Shown here in pieces: positions 18,288 through 27,435 of a DNA stretch of 64,000 nt. This DNA comes from an uncultured Clostridia bacterium (GTDB lineage Bacteria; Bacillota; Clostridia; Oscillospirales; JAAYOS01): NCBI GenBank assembly GCA_947593925.1, contig CANQDU010000005.1, positions 48,571 to 112,570 of the forward strand, in the 5' to 3' direction. Within the stretch, counting starts at the first letter, position 1. Each line of letters starts with the position of its first letter. Below the pieces are notes generated by a model. That model was given only the letters and a program-made list of their open reading frames with translations, did no database searches and was not told the origin of the DNA. The position numbers and the translations under genes were made by a program.

Positions 18288-18325
18288 AAAAACAGGGAGT
18301 CCCCGAGAGGGGACGCCCTGTTTTG
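18288..18325. terminator. Bidirectional intrinsic terminator (small ORF / ppk)
   Basis: aaaaACAGGGAGTCCCC gaga GGGGACGCCCTGTtttgtgt; A-run and T-run flank a 13-bp stem. Confidence 0.8.
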
Positions 18326-18340
18326 TGTCGGTTGATTGTT

Positions 18341-21064
18341 TTACCCTCTGAGCGTGAAGCGCGAGAAGAAGCGCTTCAGCGCGTTCTCCTTCTTCGCGGG
18401 CGCGGCGGGGTGTAAGTCCCGCGTGTCCGGGGTGGACGCAGCGGGAGCGGGCGCCGGTTCCGGCTCGGGAACAGACGGTGCAGATGACTCCGTGACCGTT
18501 GCGCTCGTCGGAGCGGGTATTGCCGTCGGCTGTTCGGGTGCGGGCGCGGCGGGTTCGGGTCTGCTCTCCGCCGCAGGGACGGGCACGGTCGGCGTGTCCG
18601 TGACCGGCGCGGGAATGGTCGTCGGTTTGTCTGCGCCCGGCGCTTCCGGCGCGGACGTCTCGGTCGGCGTGGGGACAGCGGGCGCGGCAGATTCCGGCGC
18701 GAGCGTCGGTTCCTCTGTCAGGGTAGGCTCCGCTTCTGCGGGCTCTGTGGTCGGCGCGGGTTCTGCCGATGTCGGCGCGGCTGCCGTCTCTGCGGGGTTC
18801 TCCATCGGAGCAGGCTCCGCCTCTGTGGATTTCTCTGTCTGGGTGGGTTCCGCTTCTGCGGGCTCTGTGGTCGGCGCGGGCGCCTCCGCCGTCGGAGTGG
18901 GAGACGCCGGAGCCTCCGGTGCGGACGCGGCCGGTTCTTCTGCCGGAGTCTCGTCCGGGCGGGCTATCTTCCACTCGCCGGAGTACGCCATCTCGATGAA
19001 GCGCTCCTGCGAGTTCAGCGGCTCTCTGCCGTTCTGCACATAGGTGTATATCCCGTCCGCGCCCTGACGGCGGAGCTTTACGTTGTCCGAAAGCTGCGTC
19101 TCGAACACACGCTCAAGGTGGCGGCGGAGGTATTCGTCCAGAACCGGCACCGCGACCTCGACGCGGTGCTGCGTGTTCCGCGTCATCAGGTCGGCGGAGG
19201 AGATGTAGACCTTCCTCCGCTCGCCGAGGCCGAAGATGTAGATCCTCGCGTGTTCGAGGTAGCGCCCGACGATGCTGTATATATTGATGTTCTCGGTGAG
19301 GCCGGGCAGTCCGCCGACCATGCAGCAAATGCCCCGGATAAGCAGGTCTATCTTCACGCCCGCCTGCGACGCCTCCACGAATTTTTCAATTATCCCCTTG
19401 TCGGTGAGGCCGTTCAGCTTGAAGCCGAGGTACGCGGGGCGTCCCTCCTTGGCTTCGGCGATCTCCGAGTCTATCATCTCGATTATGCGGTTCCGAAGGC
19501 CGAGCGGCGCGACGAGCAGACGCCCCGGTTCCTCGACGACCTCTCCGAGCGCGAGGCTCGTGAACACCCGCGCGACGTCCGCGCCGATCTCCTTCGAGGC
19601 GGTCATGAGCGCGAAATCGGTGTACAGGCGGACGGTGTCCTCATTGTAGTTGCCGGTGCCTATCTGGCTTATGTACTCTATCTCGTCGCCGTGACGGCTC
19701 GTTATAAGGAGCAGCTTCGAGTGTATCTTGATGTGGTCGAGGCCGTATATCACGCGGCAGCCCGCCTGCTCGAGCACGCGGCTCCAGCCGATGTTGTTCT
19801 CCTCGTCGAACCGCGCGCGCAGTTCGACCACGACGACGACCTCCTTGCCGTTCTCGGCGGCGTCTACGAGCGCCTCGATTATCTTGCTGTTGTGCGCGAC
19901 GCGGTAGAGCGTCATCTTTATCGAAACGACGTCCGGGTCGCGCCCCGCCTCCGCGAGGAGGTCGAGGAACGGGCGGACGCTCTCGTAGGGGTAGGACAGC
20001 ATGAGGTCGTGGCGGCGTATCTGCTCCATCACCGGCAGGTCGGGGACGATATTTACCGAGTTCTGCGGAACGCGGCGGGGGTAGAACAGCTCCGGCTTGT
20101 CGCGCACGACGTCACGCAGGATGCCGATAAACGACAGGTCGAGCGGTATCGAGCTCGAGAAGAAGTGCTTCTTTGACACCTTGAGGTACTCGCAGAGCGC
20201 GTCCCGCACCGCGTCGTCCAGCTTACCGCGGTAGTCTATGCGGACGGGGTTCTGGCGCGTGCGGCGGCGGAGGAGCCGCTCCATCGTATTGCGGTAATCC
20301 TCGGCGCTCATGCCCTCCATGTCGGGGCCGGCGTCCTCCACGTCCATGTCCGCGTTGCGGATGGTGCGGATAAGCGCCGAGCCCTCCACGCGGTAGTGGT
20401 CGAAAATCTTCGGCAGGAACTGGCGGATGAGGTCCTCCATGAGTATGAACCTCGTCCCGTCTCCCGGGACGGGGACGAGCCGCCTCAGACCGCCCTCTCC
20501 GCAGGGGACTATCCCTATGCGGTCGTTTCCGCCGCTCTTCGTGCGGAGCATAGCGACAGCGTATATCGCCTTGTGGCGAAGGAACGGGAAGGGCTGCTTC
20601 CGCCCGACTATCTGCGGCGAGAGGAGCGGCAGGACCTCGCTTGTGAAATATTTTTCGAGGTAGGACTGCGTCTTGTCCTGGAGACTTCCGAACCGCACGA
20701 GCTCGACGCCCTCACGCGCGAGCTCGCGCATGAGCTCCTTATACACTTCGTCTCGCACGGAAAGCAGCTCGCCGGTGCGGGCAAGCACCGCCGAGAGCTG
20801 TTCCGCGCTCGTGAGCCCCATCTTGTCGTCGGTGACGCCGTCCTTGAGCGTGTCCACAAGCGTGCCGACGCGCACCATGTAGAACTCGTCCAGATTGCTC
20901 TGGAAGATGGATATGAAGTTCAGACGCTCGCAGAGCGGATTGCGCTTGTCCCGCGCCTCCTCGAGCACTCTCTCGTTGAACTGGAGCCACGAAAGCTCGC
21001 GGTTGACAAAGTAGCCGGCAGGCCGCTCCGTGACGGGCGCTTCTTTTTCGGTTTTTTCGGCCAT
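18341..21064 (-). CDS. ppk: Polyphosphate kinase 1 with a 203-aa Pro/Thr/Ala/Glu-rich C-terminal extension
   Basis: 907 aa. N-terminus YFVNRELSWLQFNERVLEEA..NLDEFYMVRV, later two PLD-like HKD regions (HSKLLLI.., YLEHARIYIF). The core ends about residue 704. Confidence 0.9.
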   Translation of the reverse strand: MAEKTEKEAPVTERPAGYFVNRELSWLQFNERVLEEARDKRNPLCERLNFISIFQSNLDEFYMVRVGTLVDTLKDGVTDDKMGLTSAEQLSAVLARTGELLSVRDEVYKELMRELAREGVELVRFGSLQDKTQSYLEKYFTSEVLPLLSPQIVGRKQPFPFLRHKAIYAVAMLRTKSGGNDRIGIVPCGEGGLRRLVPVPGDGTRFILMEDLIRQFLPKIFDHYRVEGSALIRTIRNADMDVEDAGPDMEGMSAEDYRNTMERLLRRRTRQNPVRIDYRGKLDDAVRDALCEYLKVSKKHFFSSSIPLDLSFIGILRDVVRDKPELFYPRRVPQNSVNIVPDLPVMEQIRRHDLMLSYPYESVRPFLDLLAEAGRDPDVVSIKMTLYRVAHNSKIIEALVDAAENGKEVVVVVELRARFDEENNIGWSRVLEQAGCRVIYGLDHIKIHSKLLLITSRHGDEIEYISQIGTGNYNEDTVRLYTDFALMTASKEIGADVARVFTSLALGEVVEEPGRLLVAPLGLRNRIIEMIDSEIAEAKEGRPAYLGFKLNGLTDKGIIEKFVEASQAGVKIDLLIRGICCMVGGLPGLTENINIYSIVGRYLEHARIYIFGLGERRKVYISSADLMTRNTQHRVEVAVPVLDEYLRRHLERVFETQLSDNVKLRRQGADGIYTYVQNGREPLNSQERFIEMAYSGEWKIARPDETPAEEPAASAPEAPASPTPTAEAPAPTTEPAEAEPTQTEKSTEAEPAPMENPAETAAAPTSAEPAPTTEPAEAEPTLTEEPTLAPESAAPAVPTPTETSAPEAPGADKPTTIPAPVTDTPTVPVPAAESRPEPAAPAPEQPTAIPAPTSATVTESSAPSVPEPEPAPAPAASTPDTRDLHPAAPAKKENALKRFFSRFTLRG

Positions 21065-21223
21065 GTTCTCACAACCTCGCTCTCAAATGCTTTGCCGTGG
21101 GTTCAGCCTCTATTATACTACCGTATCCGTCGCTTTGCCACAAAAATCGAAAAAAAGATGCCGGAATTTTATTTCGTGCGACGGCGGAGGGACGCCGGCG
21201 GCGGTGAAAATCAGCGGCGGGTC

Positions 21224-21252
21224 TGGACAAACCGGCCGGAATATGATAAAAT
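21224..21252 (+). promoter_or_regulatory. Promoter of the carboxypeptidase gene
   Basis: TGGACA, 17 nt, TAAAAT with a TGa extended -10 (atatGAtaaaat), about 68 nt upstream of the ATG. Confidence 0.5.
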
Positions 21253-21319
21253 CAAACTGAGGTAACAGCGGTATTTTGCGGCTTTGCCGCACGGAACTTC
21301 CGGCGAAAGGGGAGAGCGC

Positions 21320-23566
21320 ATGAGAAAGGTCACGGCACGGCTCGCGGCGCTGCTTGTCGCGGCGGCGGTCGCCGCGGCGACGCTTCCCGCGCTCGCCGTT
21401 TCGGCGGCTCCGCCGCCGGATTTCACGCCGAAGACCGAGACGCTCCTCCTCGTGGACATGTCCACGGGTGAGGCGGTATACAGTGCGGAGGCGGACAAGG
21501 TGCGGCCGATGGCGTCGCTGACAAAGATAATGACCTACATAGTCACGGCGGAGCACGTAGACGACCTTGCCGGTACTCAGGTGGAGATACTTGACGAGCC
21601 GCTTGACGACATACGGGGACGCGGCGCTTCTCTCGCGGGAGTAGAAGCGTACGTGGGAAAGACTCTCTCGGTGCTCGACCTGCTGTACGGGCTGATGCTC
21701 CCGAGCGGGTGCGACGCGGCGGCGGAGCTCGCGTGGTACGTCTGCGGCGGCGACTTAGGCGCGTTCGTGAAGCTCATGAACGACAAGGCGGCGGAGCTCG
21801 GCTGTGAAAATACGACCTTTGCGGATTCCCACGGACTGTCGGACGAAAACAAGACGACCGCGTGGGACATGTACAGGATAGCGTCCTACGCCCTCGGCGT
21901 TCAGCACTTCCGGGAGGTCGTGACCGCGACGAGGTACACCCTCCCCGGCGCGTCCGCGCCGATGTTCACCTCCGTAATGCTCCAGGATCGCGCCAACGGA
22001 GGGCGGTACTACTACCCCTACGCGAGCGGGATAAAGACGGGCTACATCAGCGCCGCGGGGCGCTGCCTCGTCTCCACCGCGACGAAGGGCGGCACGAGCT
22101 ATATGTGCGTGGCGCTCGGCAGCGAGTACGACCCCGCGCAGAACAACGCCATGCTCGACTCGGTCGCCCTCTACAAGTGGGCGTTTGGCAACTTCACCGA
22201 GAATGTAGATGTGGACATACGGCGGCGCTTTGTGTCGATGCAGCTCGGGAGCAGCGAGCCCCTCGAGTTTTCGGTGGGCGGCGAGGGCGAGACGCTTTCG
22301 TGGTCCTCCTCCGACCCGTCGGTGGCGGAGGTGGACGCGCGCGGCGTCGTCACGGCGCATTCCCTCGGCGAAACGGTGATACGCGCCGAGAGCAGGACCG
22401 GCAACATCGACGAATGTACGGTGTCCGCCGGGTACTACAACGGCATCTACGTCTCGGAGGACTACGGCGACTACACCTCCGGCGCGCGCGCACCGATCGA
22501 CTGGGCGGCGGTGAAGGATGCGGGGCTCGACTTTGCGATCATCCGCGCGGAGACCGGCTCCGGCAAGCGGGATAAAGACTTTGAGGCGAACGTCTCCGGC
22601 GCGGAGGCAAACGGAGTTCCCTACGGGCTGTTTCTCGTCTCCGGCGCGAAGACCACGGAGGAGGCCTCGGCGGACGCGCGGCGCTTCGCGGAGGAGCTGA
22701 AGGCCGCGGGGCACGTCCCCGCTCTGCCGGTGTTCTACGACATGACCGGCGCGGGAGAAAACGGCACGGCGCTCGCGCTCGCGTTTTCCTCGGCGCTCGA
22801 GCAGTATGGGCTCGCGGGCGCGGTCTACGCGCCGAGAGAGGACTTTGCGGCGTTCGACCTCGCGGCGCTCGGGACGGCGGGAGTGCCGCTGTGGTGCAGA
22901 TATATCGCGAACGTGAGCGGCTTTGAAAGCCCGATTGAGGTTCCCGGCGGCGTGACGCCGGACGTGTGGCAGCACAGGGCAAATCTTTACTTCCCGGAGG
23001 CGGCGCAGAACCTGCGCGGCAATGCCTCCGCAAACCTTATTTATATGTTGAGCGCTCTTACCGGGGACATGACCCCGCCCGAGACGGCGGCCGTGCAGAC
23101 GGACGGCGAGGCGGAGGTGACCCTCAGCTGGAGAGCGCCGGGCTATGACTTTGACGGATACGCGGTCTACCGCCGCGAGAGCGGCGGCGAGCCCGAGCTT
23201 ATCGCGACGCTCAGGAAGACCGCGAGCGTATATACCGACACCTCGGTCGAGTACGGACACACCTACGTCTACACCGTGGCGGCGAGGGTCGGGGGAGACA
23301 TATTCGACGAGGACTACAGGGCGGAGGTCGGAGGCGACAGCCGCGAGGTCGCGGTGACGCCGCCGGAGCTCCCGTCGGCATCGCCCGAGGCTGCGCCGCC
23401 GACGGCGCAGGACGGCACGTCGGAGGAACCGAAGCAGGATACCGAAGCCGAGGGCAAGCCCGAGGCGGGAATATATGTCGCGGCCGTGTTTGGCGCGGTG
23501 GCGCTCGTCGCCGCGGTCGGCTCGGTGAAGGGAGGGAAAAATCAAAAGGGAAAGCGTTCAAAGTGA
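21320..23566 (+). CDS. Multidomain cell-wall enzyme: D-alanyl-D-alanine carboxypeptidase (S11) + Big_2 + GH25-like domain + FN3-like + C-terminal TM
   Basis: 748 aa. Signal peptide MRKVTARLAALLVAAAVAAATLPALAVSA. SxxK MASLTK. Big_2 SWSSSDPSVAEVDARGVVTAHSLGETV. GH25-like IDWAAVKDAGLDFAIIRAETG..GVPYGLF. C-terminal IYVAAVFGAVALVAAVGSV. Confidence 0.85.
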   Translation: MRKVTARLAALLVAAAVAAATLPALAVSAAPPPDFTPKTETLLLVDMSTGEAVYSAEADKVRPMASLTKIMTYIVTAEHVDDLAGTQVEILDEPLDDIRGRGASLAGVEAYVGKTLSVLDLLYGLMLPSGCDAAAELAWYVCGGDLGAFVKLMNDKAAELGCENTTFADSHGLSDENKTTAWDMYRIASYALGVQHFREVVTATRYTLPGASAPMFTSVMLQDRANGGRYYYPYASGIKTGYISAAGRCLVSTATKGGTSYMCVALGSEYDPAQNNAMLDSVALYKWAFGNFTENVDVDIRRRFVSMQLGSSEPLEFSVGGEGETLSWSSSDPSVAEVDARGVVTAHSLGETVIRAESRTGNIDECTVSAGYYNGIYVSEDYGDYTSGARAPIDWAAVKDAGLDFAIIRAETGSGKRDKDFEANVSGAEANGVPYGLFLVSGAKTTEEASADARRFAEELKAAGHVPALPVFYDMTGAGENGTALALAFSSALEQYGLAGAVYAPREDFAAFDLAALGTAGVPLWCRYIANVSGFESPIEVPGGVTPDVWQHRANLYFPEAAQNLRGNASANLIYMLSALTGDMTPPETAAVQTDGEAEVTLSWRAPGYDFDGYAVYRRESGGEPELIATLRKTASVYTDTSVEYGHTYVYTVAARVGGDIFDEDYRAEVGGDSREVAVTPPELPSASPEAAPPTAQDGTSEEPKQDTEAEGKPEAGIYVAAVFGAVALVAAVGSVKGGKNQKGKRSK

Positions 23567-23620
23567 CAGTCAACACTGTTTGTACCGTAAAATGCTCGAT
23601 ATTCGGAAAGGAGTGTATTT

Positions 23621-24925
23621 ATGGAAAAACTGAAAAAGCTGTTTTCGACACCCGAGAGGAAGATCATCACCGTCGTCTGCATCGTGCTCATTCTCGCGAT
23701 AGCGGGCGCGGGGACGGTCATGGCCGTGCGCGCGAACGCGCAGCACAACGCGATAGGCGTTGAAAATGCGACAAACTTCGCGTTCGCGGACGCCGGGGTG
23801 GATCCAGCCTCCGCGCGCGTGGAGCACACCGAGTTTGAGTTTGAAAACGGGCGGTTCGTCTATGAGATAGAGTTCACCGCCGACGGCGCGGAGTACGACT
23901 ACCTCGTAAGCGCGGCGGACGGCGCGATAGTGAAGAAGGAGGTCGAGCGCGTCCGGAACGGCGCGGCGGGCGAGCCCGTCCCGGCGACCGTTACGCTTGA
24001 AGCCGCGAAGAATGCGGCGCTCGCGGACGCGGGGCTCGCGGAGTCGGACGTCACGTTCACCAAGACCCGCCTCGACACGGAGGACGGCTTTGCGGTCTAT
24101 GAGATAGATTTCTACACGGCGGACTCCGAGTATGAGTACGAGATAAACGCCGAGACCGGCGAGGTTTTCAGCAGGAGCAGAGAGGTCTGGAACGGCGGCA
24201 GACCCGCCGCTCAGCCGACCTCCGCGCCCACGGTCGCGCCGACAGCCGCACCGTCCGAGGCTCCGACCCCCGCGGCGTCCGAGGCTCCGACCCCGGTTCC
24301 GACCGCGGCTCCGACTGCAACGCCGACGGCCACACCGTCCGAGACGCCTAGTGCCGTTCCGACGGCAACTCCGGCTTCCGACGGCTATATCGGTACCGAC
24401 GCCGCGAAGGACGCGGCGCTCGCGGACGCGGGGCTTTCCGCGTCGGATGTCACGTTTGTCAAGGAGAAGTTCGACTGGGACGACAGGCGCGCGGTGTATG
24501 AGATAGAGTTCTACGGCACGGACGCGGAGTACGAGTATGAGATAGACGCACTCACCGGCGCTGTCATAAGCAAGAGCAAGGAGATCTGGGGCGGCGGCAG
24601 ACCTGTCGCACAGCCGACGGTCGCGCCCTCGGCGGCTCCGTCCGAGACGCCGACACCCACACCCACACCTACGGCGGCTCCGAGCGCGACGCCTACTGCC
24701 GACGGCTACATCGGCGCGGACGCCGCGAAGGACGCGGCGCTCGCGGACGCGGGACTTTCCGCGTCGGACGTCACCTTTGTCAAGCAGGAGTTTGACCGCG
24801 ACGACGGGCGCGCGGTGTACGAGGTGGAGTTTTACAGCGGCGGCGTCGAGTACGAGTACAAGATAGACGCCGCGACCGGCGCGGTGCTCGAGCGCGACGT
24901 CGATCTCGACCACGACCACCACTGA
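23621..24925 (+). CDS. Membrane-anchored protein with four PepSY domains separated by Pro/Thr linkers
   Basis: 434 aa. N-terminal TM IITVVCIVLILAIAGAGTVMAV. Four repeats of ..AL(A)DAG(L/V)..(S)DV(T)F.K...D.(E/D)DGR.VYE(I/V)EF.. ATG 23621 follows gaaaggag. Confidence 0.85.
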   Translation: MEKLKKLFSTPERKIITVVCIVLILAIAGAGTVMAVRANAQHNAIGVENATNFAFADAGVDPASARVEHTEFEFENGRFVYEIEFTADGAEYDYLVSAADGAIVKKEVERVRNGAAGEPVPATVTLEAAKNAALADAGLAESDVTFTKTRLDTEDGFAVYEIDFYTADSEYEYEINAETGEVFSRSREVWNGGRPAAQPTSAPTVAPTAAPSEAPTPAASEAPTPVPTAAPTATPTATPSETPSAVPTATPASDGYIGTDAAKDAALADAGLSASDVTFVKEKFDWDDRRAVYEIEFYGTDAEYEYEIDALTGAVISKSKEIWGGGRPVAQPTVAPSAAPSETPTPTPTPTAAPSATPTADGYIGADAAKDAALADAGLSASDVTFVKQEFDRDDGRAVYEVEFYSGGVEYEYKIDAATGAVLERDVDLDHDHH

Positions 24926-24950
24926 TCGTCGAAAGCAAAACAGCAGAGAA

Positions 24951-24988
24951 GGGGCAGACCGCCGTCGGGCGGTCTGCCCCTTATTGCC
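24951..24988 (+). terminator. Intrinsic terminator after the PepSY gene
   Basis: GGGGCAGACCGCC gtcg GGCGGTCTGCCCC followed by TTATTGCC. Confidence 0.65.
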
Positions 24989-25040
24989 GTATTCGTTTGT
25001 CTGCCGCAGGCAGTTTTTGCCGCCTCGGAGCGGGCAAAAC

Positions 25041-25076
25041 AAACCCGGCAAGCGTGTATTGCGCTTGCCGGGTTTT
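25041..25076. terminator. Bidirectional terminator abutting the 3' end of tRNA-Ser
   Basis: AAACCCGGCAAGCG tgtattg CGCTTGCCGGGTTT, flanked by TTTT (plus) and TTTGTTTTG (minus). Confidence 0.75.
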
Positions 25077-25169
25077 TGGCGGAGGTGGAGAGATTCGAAC
25101 TCTCGAAGAGCTTTTGACCCTTACACGATTTCCAATCGTGCGCCCTCGACCAAGCTAGGCGACACCTCC
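25077..25169 (-). tRNA. tRNA-Ser (anticodon GGA)
   Basis: Hand-folded: acceptor GGAGGTG/CACCTCC, anticodon arm CACGA-TTGGAAA-TCGTG, long variable arm, T-arm GAGAG-TTCGAAT-CTCTC, encoded CCA. Confidence 0.9.
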
Positions 25170-25477
25170 GCATCGAGCCCAACTATAATAACACAAAGCG
25201 GATAGGTTGTCAAGAGTCAGATTTCCCCCCGGAGCGTCACAGCCTGTCGTCGCAAAGCGTCCGTCCGGCGTTTGTCTTTTCGGCGCTCGCCGCGCTGCCG
25301 TACTCGCGCGGGCGGGAGCGCAGATTTTCTTTCGGCGCAAGATTGCGATTTTGCCTCCGACGTGGTATGATTGACGTAACGCGCACCCGCGCCGCTCATC
25401 TCCGCGCGGGACGTTTTTGCGCTTTGTCCGGCGCGCCCCGTGCGCGCTTTACATTCTGCATACGAAAGGAGCTTCCC

Positions 25478-26848
25478 ATGAAGACTCTGTATGTGTCCGA
25501 CCTTGACGGCACGCTGCTCGACCGCGACGGCACTCTCGGCCCGTACACGCTCAAGACGCTGAACGCCCTCATCTCCGACGGCGTGAGCTTCACCTACGCG
25601 ACGGCGCGGAGCTATGCCTCCGCCGCGAGAGTGACGCAGGGCCTGCGGCTCACCCTGCCCGCCGTCGCTTACGGCGGCGCGCTGATAGTCCGGCCGGACA
25701 CCGGCAGAGCCGTCTCCTGGACGACCATTCCGCAGGAGGGAGCGGACGACCTCGTCCGCGCGTTCCGCGAGCTCGACCTCAGCCCCCTCGTCTACTCGCT
25801 CATCGGCGGGACCGACCGCGTCTCCTGGCTCACGACGCGGGTAAACGACGGGATACGGAACTACCTCAACTCGCGGCGCGGCGACGCGCGCCTCCGTCCC
25901 GTGACCGACGAGCCCCGCCTGTATGACGGTATCCCCTTCTACTTCACCTGTATCGGGGAGCGGGATGAGCTGCTGCCGCTCTTCGAGCGTTTTTCCGGCG
26001 ACCCCCGCTTCAACGTCAGCCTGCACCGGGAGCTGTACCGCGAGGAGTATTGGTGCGAGATAACGTCCTCCGCCGCCTCCAAGGCCGGCGCCGTCGCGCG
26101 GATAAAGAGCATCTGCGGCTTTGACCGCGTCGTCTCCTTCGGCGACACGGAGAGCGACCTGGATATGCTCCTCACGTCCGACGAGAGCTATGCCGTGGCG
26201 GACGCCGCTCCGGCACTCCGTGAGGCGGCGACGGCGGTCATCGGTTCGAACTCCGCGGACGGCGTCGCCATCTGGCTTTCGGAGCACGCGCAGAGGTTTG
26301 AGCCGGAGGACGAGCCCGACGGCGACGCGGCGGCGGAGTTAGCGCTCCCGGCGCTCAGTCTCCTGCCCGCCGGAGAGCGCGCGAGGGCGTGCTGCTTTAC
26401 CGGCCACCGAAGCATGACGCCGGAGGAGCGCCGGGAGCTCACTCCACGGCTCGGGATGCTCGTGCTCGACCTGTACCGCGAGGGATACCGCCGCTTCTAC
26501 GTCGGCGGCGCTTACGGCTTCGACCTCCTTGCGGGGCTTGCGGTCGTGGCCGCGATACGGAACGGATGCAAGGACATCGAGCTTGTGCTCGCCTGCCCGT
26601 TCCCCGGCCACGACTCGCGCTGGCAGGCTCGCGACCGCGAGCTCCTGCGGCGCATACGCGCCTACGCCTCGGAGGAGGTGTGCGTATGCCCGGTATACTT
26701 CCCCGGCGCATACGCGGCGCGCAACCGCTACATGATAGAGCGGACGTCCGCCTGCGTCGCCTACTACCTGCCCGGGCGCGAGCAGAGCGGCACCGGGCAG
26801 ACCGTCCGCCTGGCGGAGCAGGCGGGGCATAAAGTATACATTCTTTAA
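25478..26848 (+). CDS. Fusion protein: HAD-IIB (Cof-type) phosphatase + SLOG/DUF1273 (YpsA-like) domain
   Basis: 456 aa. N-terminal MKTLYVSDLDGTLLD (DxDGT) and SFGDTESDLDML. C-terminal CCFTGHR..FYVGGAYGFDLLAG..YMIERTSACVAYY matches DUF1273. ATG 25478 follows aaaggag. Confidence 0.8.
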   Translation: MKTLYVSDLDGTLLDRDGTLGPYTLKTLNALISDGVSFTYATARSYASAARVTQGLRLTLPAVAYGGALIVRPDTGRAVSWTTIPQEGADDLVRAFRELDLSPLVYSLIGGTDRVSWLTTRVNDGIRNYLNSRRGDARLRPVTDEPRLYDGIPFYFTCIGERDELLPLFERFSGDPRFNVSLHRELYREEYWCEITSSAASKAGAVARIKSICGFDRVVSFGDTESDLDMLLTSDESYAVADAAPALREAATAVIGSNSADGVAIWLSEHAQRFEPEDEPDGDAAAELALPALSLLPAGERARACCFTGHRSMTPEERRELTPRLGMLVLDLYREGYRRFYVGGAYGFDLLAGLAVVAAIRNGCKDIELVLACPFPGHDSRWQARDRELLRRIRAYASEEVCVCPVYFPGAYAARNRYMIERTSACVAYYLPGREQSGTGQTVRLAEQAGHKVYIL

Positions 26849-26886
26849 GTTTGTCAAAAAAGTTCTTACGAACTTTTTTGACAAAC
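26849..26886. terminator. Perfect 17-bp-stem hairpin immediately after the HAD-SLOG stop codon
   Basis: GTTTGTCAAAAAAGTTC ttac GAACTTTTTTGACAAAC, then TTTC. Confidence 0.7.
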
Positions 26887-27371
26887 TTTCGCGGGAAATC
26901 ACGCTCGCTTCGCAATTCCCACGCGGTCAGAGACCGCGTGGGAGCCCTTCCGATTGAAATGCTCGGCGCAAATGAATTGCCCCTGCGCGAAGTTAGCGGC
27001 TTTGCCGCCAACTTCAACCGCGCGAACCGGCGTGGAGCCGCCTTCGGCGGAAAATCGACGCACGCTGCGCGAGAAGTATTTTCGGCGACGTACACGCCGC
27101 CGCCGAAAATAAATTTGACTTTATTTCGCCGCTTACGCGGCGAAACTCTGCGAGGCTTGATTACATCGTCCGCGCCGGTTTGCGCGGTTGATGTTGCCGC
27201 AGGCAACATCGCGCAGGCATATTAAGCACTGTGTTTGGCATTGCCCGCGAAGCGGGCAATGCTCACGAGGGCTGAACAGGTGCCGATGAGGAACGTGTTG
27301 GCGCCCTCGTGTTTCCGAGCGAGCATTTCAATCGGAAGGGCCCCCCAAACGGTGCGAAGCACCGCTTGGGG
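26887..27371. repeat. Modular multi-hairpin repeat, composite locus (forward unit, extension modules, inverted unit)
   Basis: Forward H1-H4 unit 26911-27058, modules M5-M7 to about 27160, then H4', H3', extra hairpins and H1' in inverted orientation to 27371. Confidence 0.85.
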
Positions 27372-27435
27372 ATATATTGTGTTGTGCGGCGAAATGTGGT
27401 AACATATAAACTGCAAAAAGAAAGGGGTGTCTGCC

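Noticed and set aside
24370-24900. ~135-bp internal direct repeat in the PepSY gene (about 85% identical at about 24372 and 24700)
   Set aside because: It is explained by tandem duplication of PepSY-domain-plus-linker modules within one ORF. It is not an independent element.
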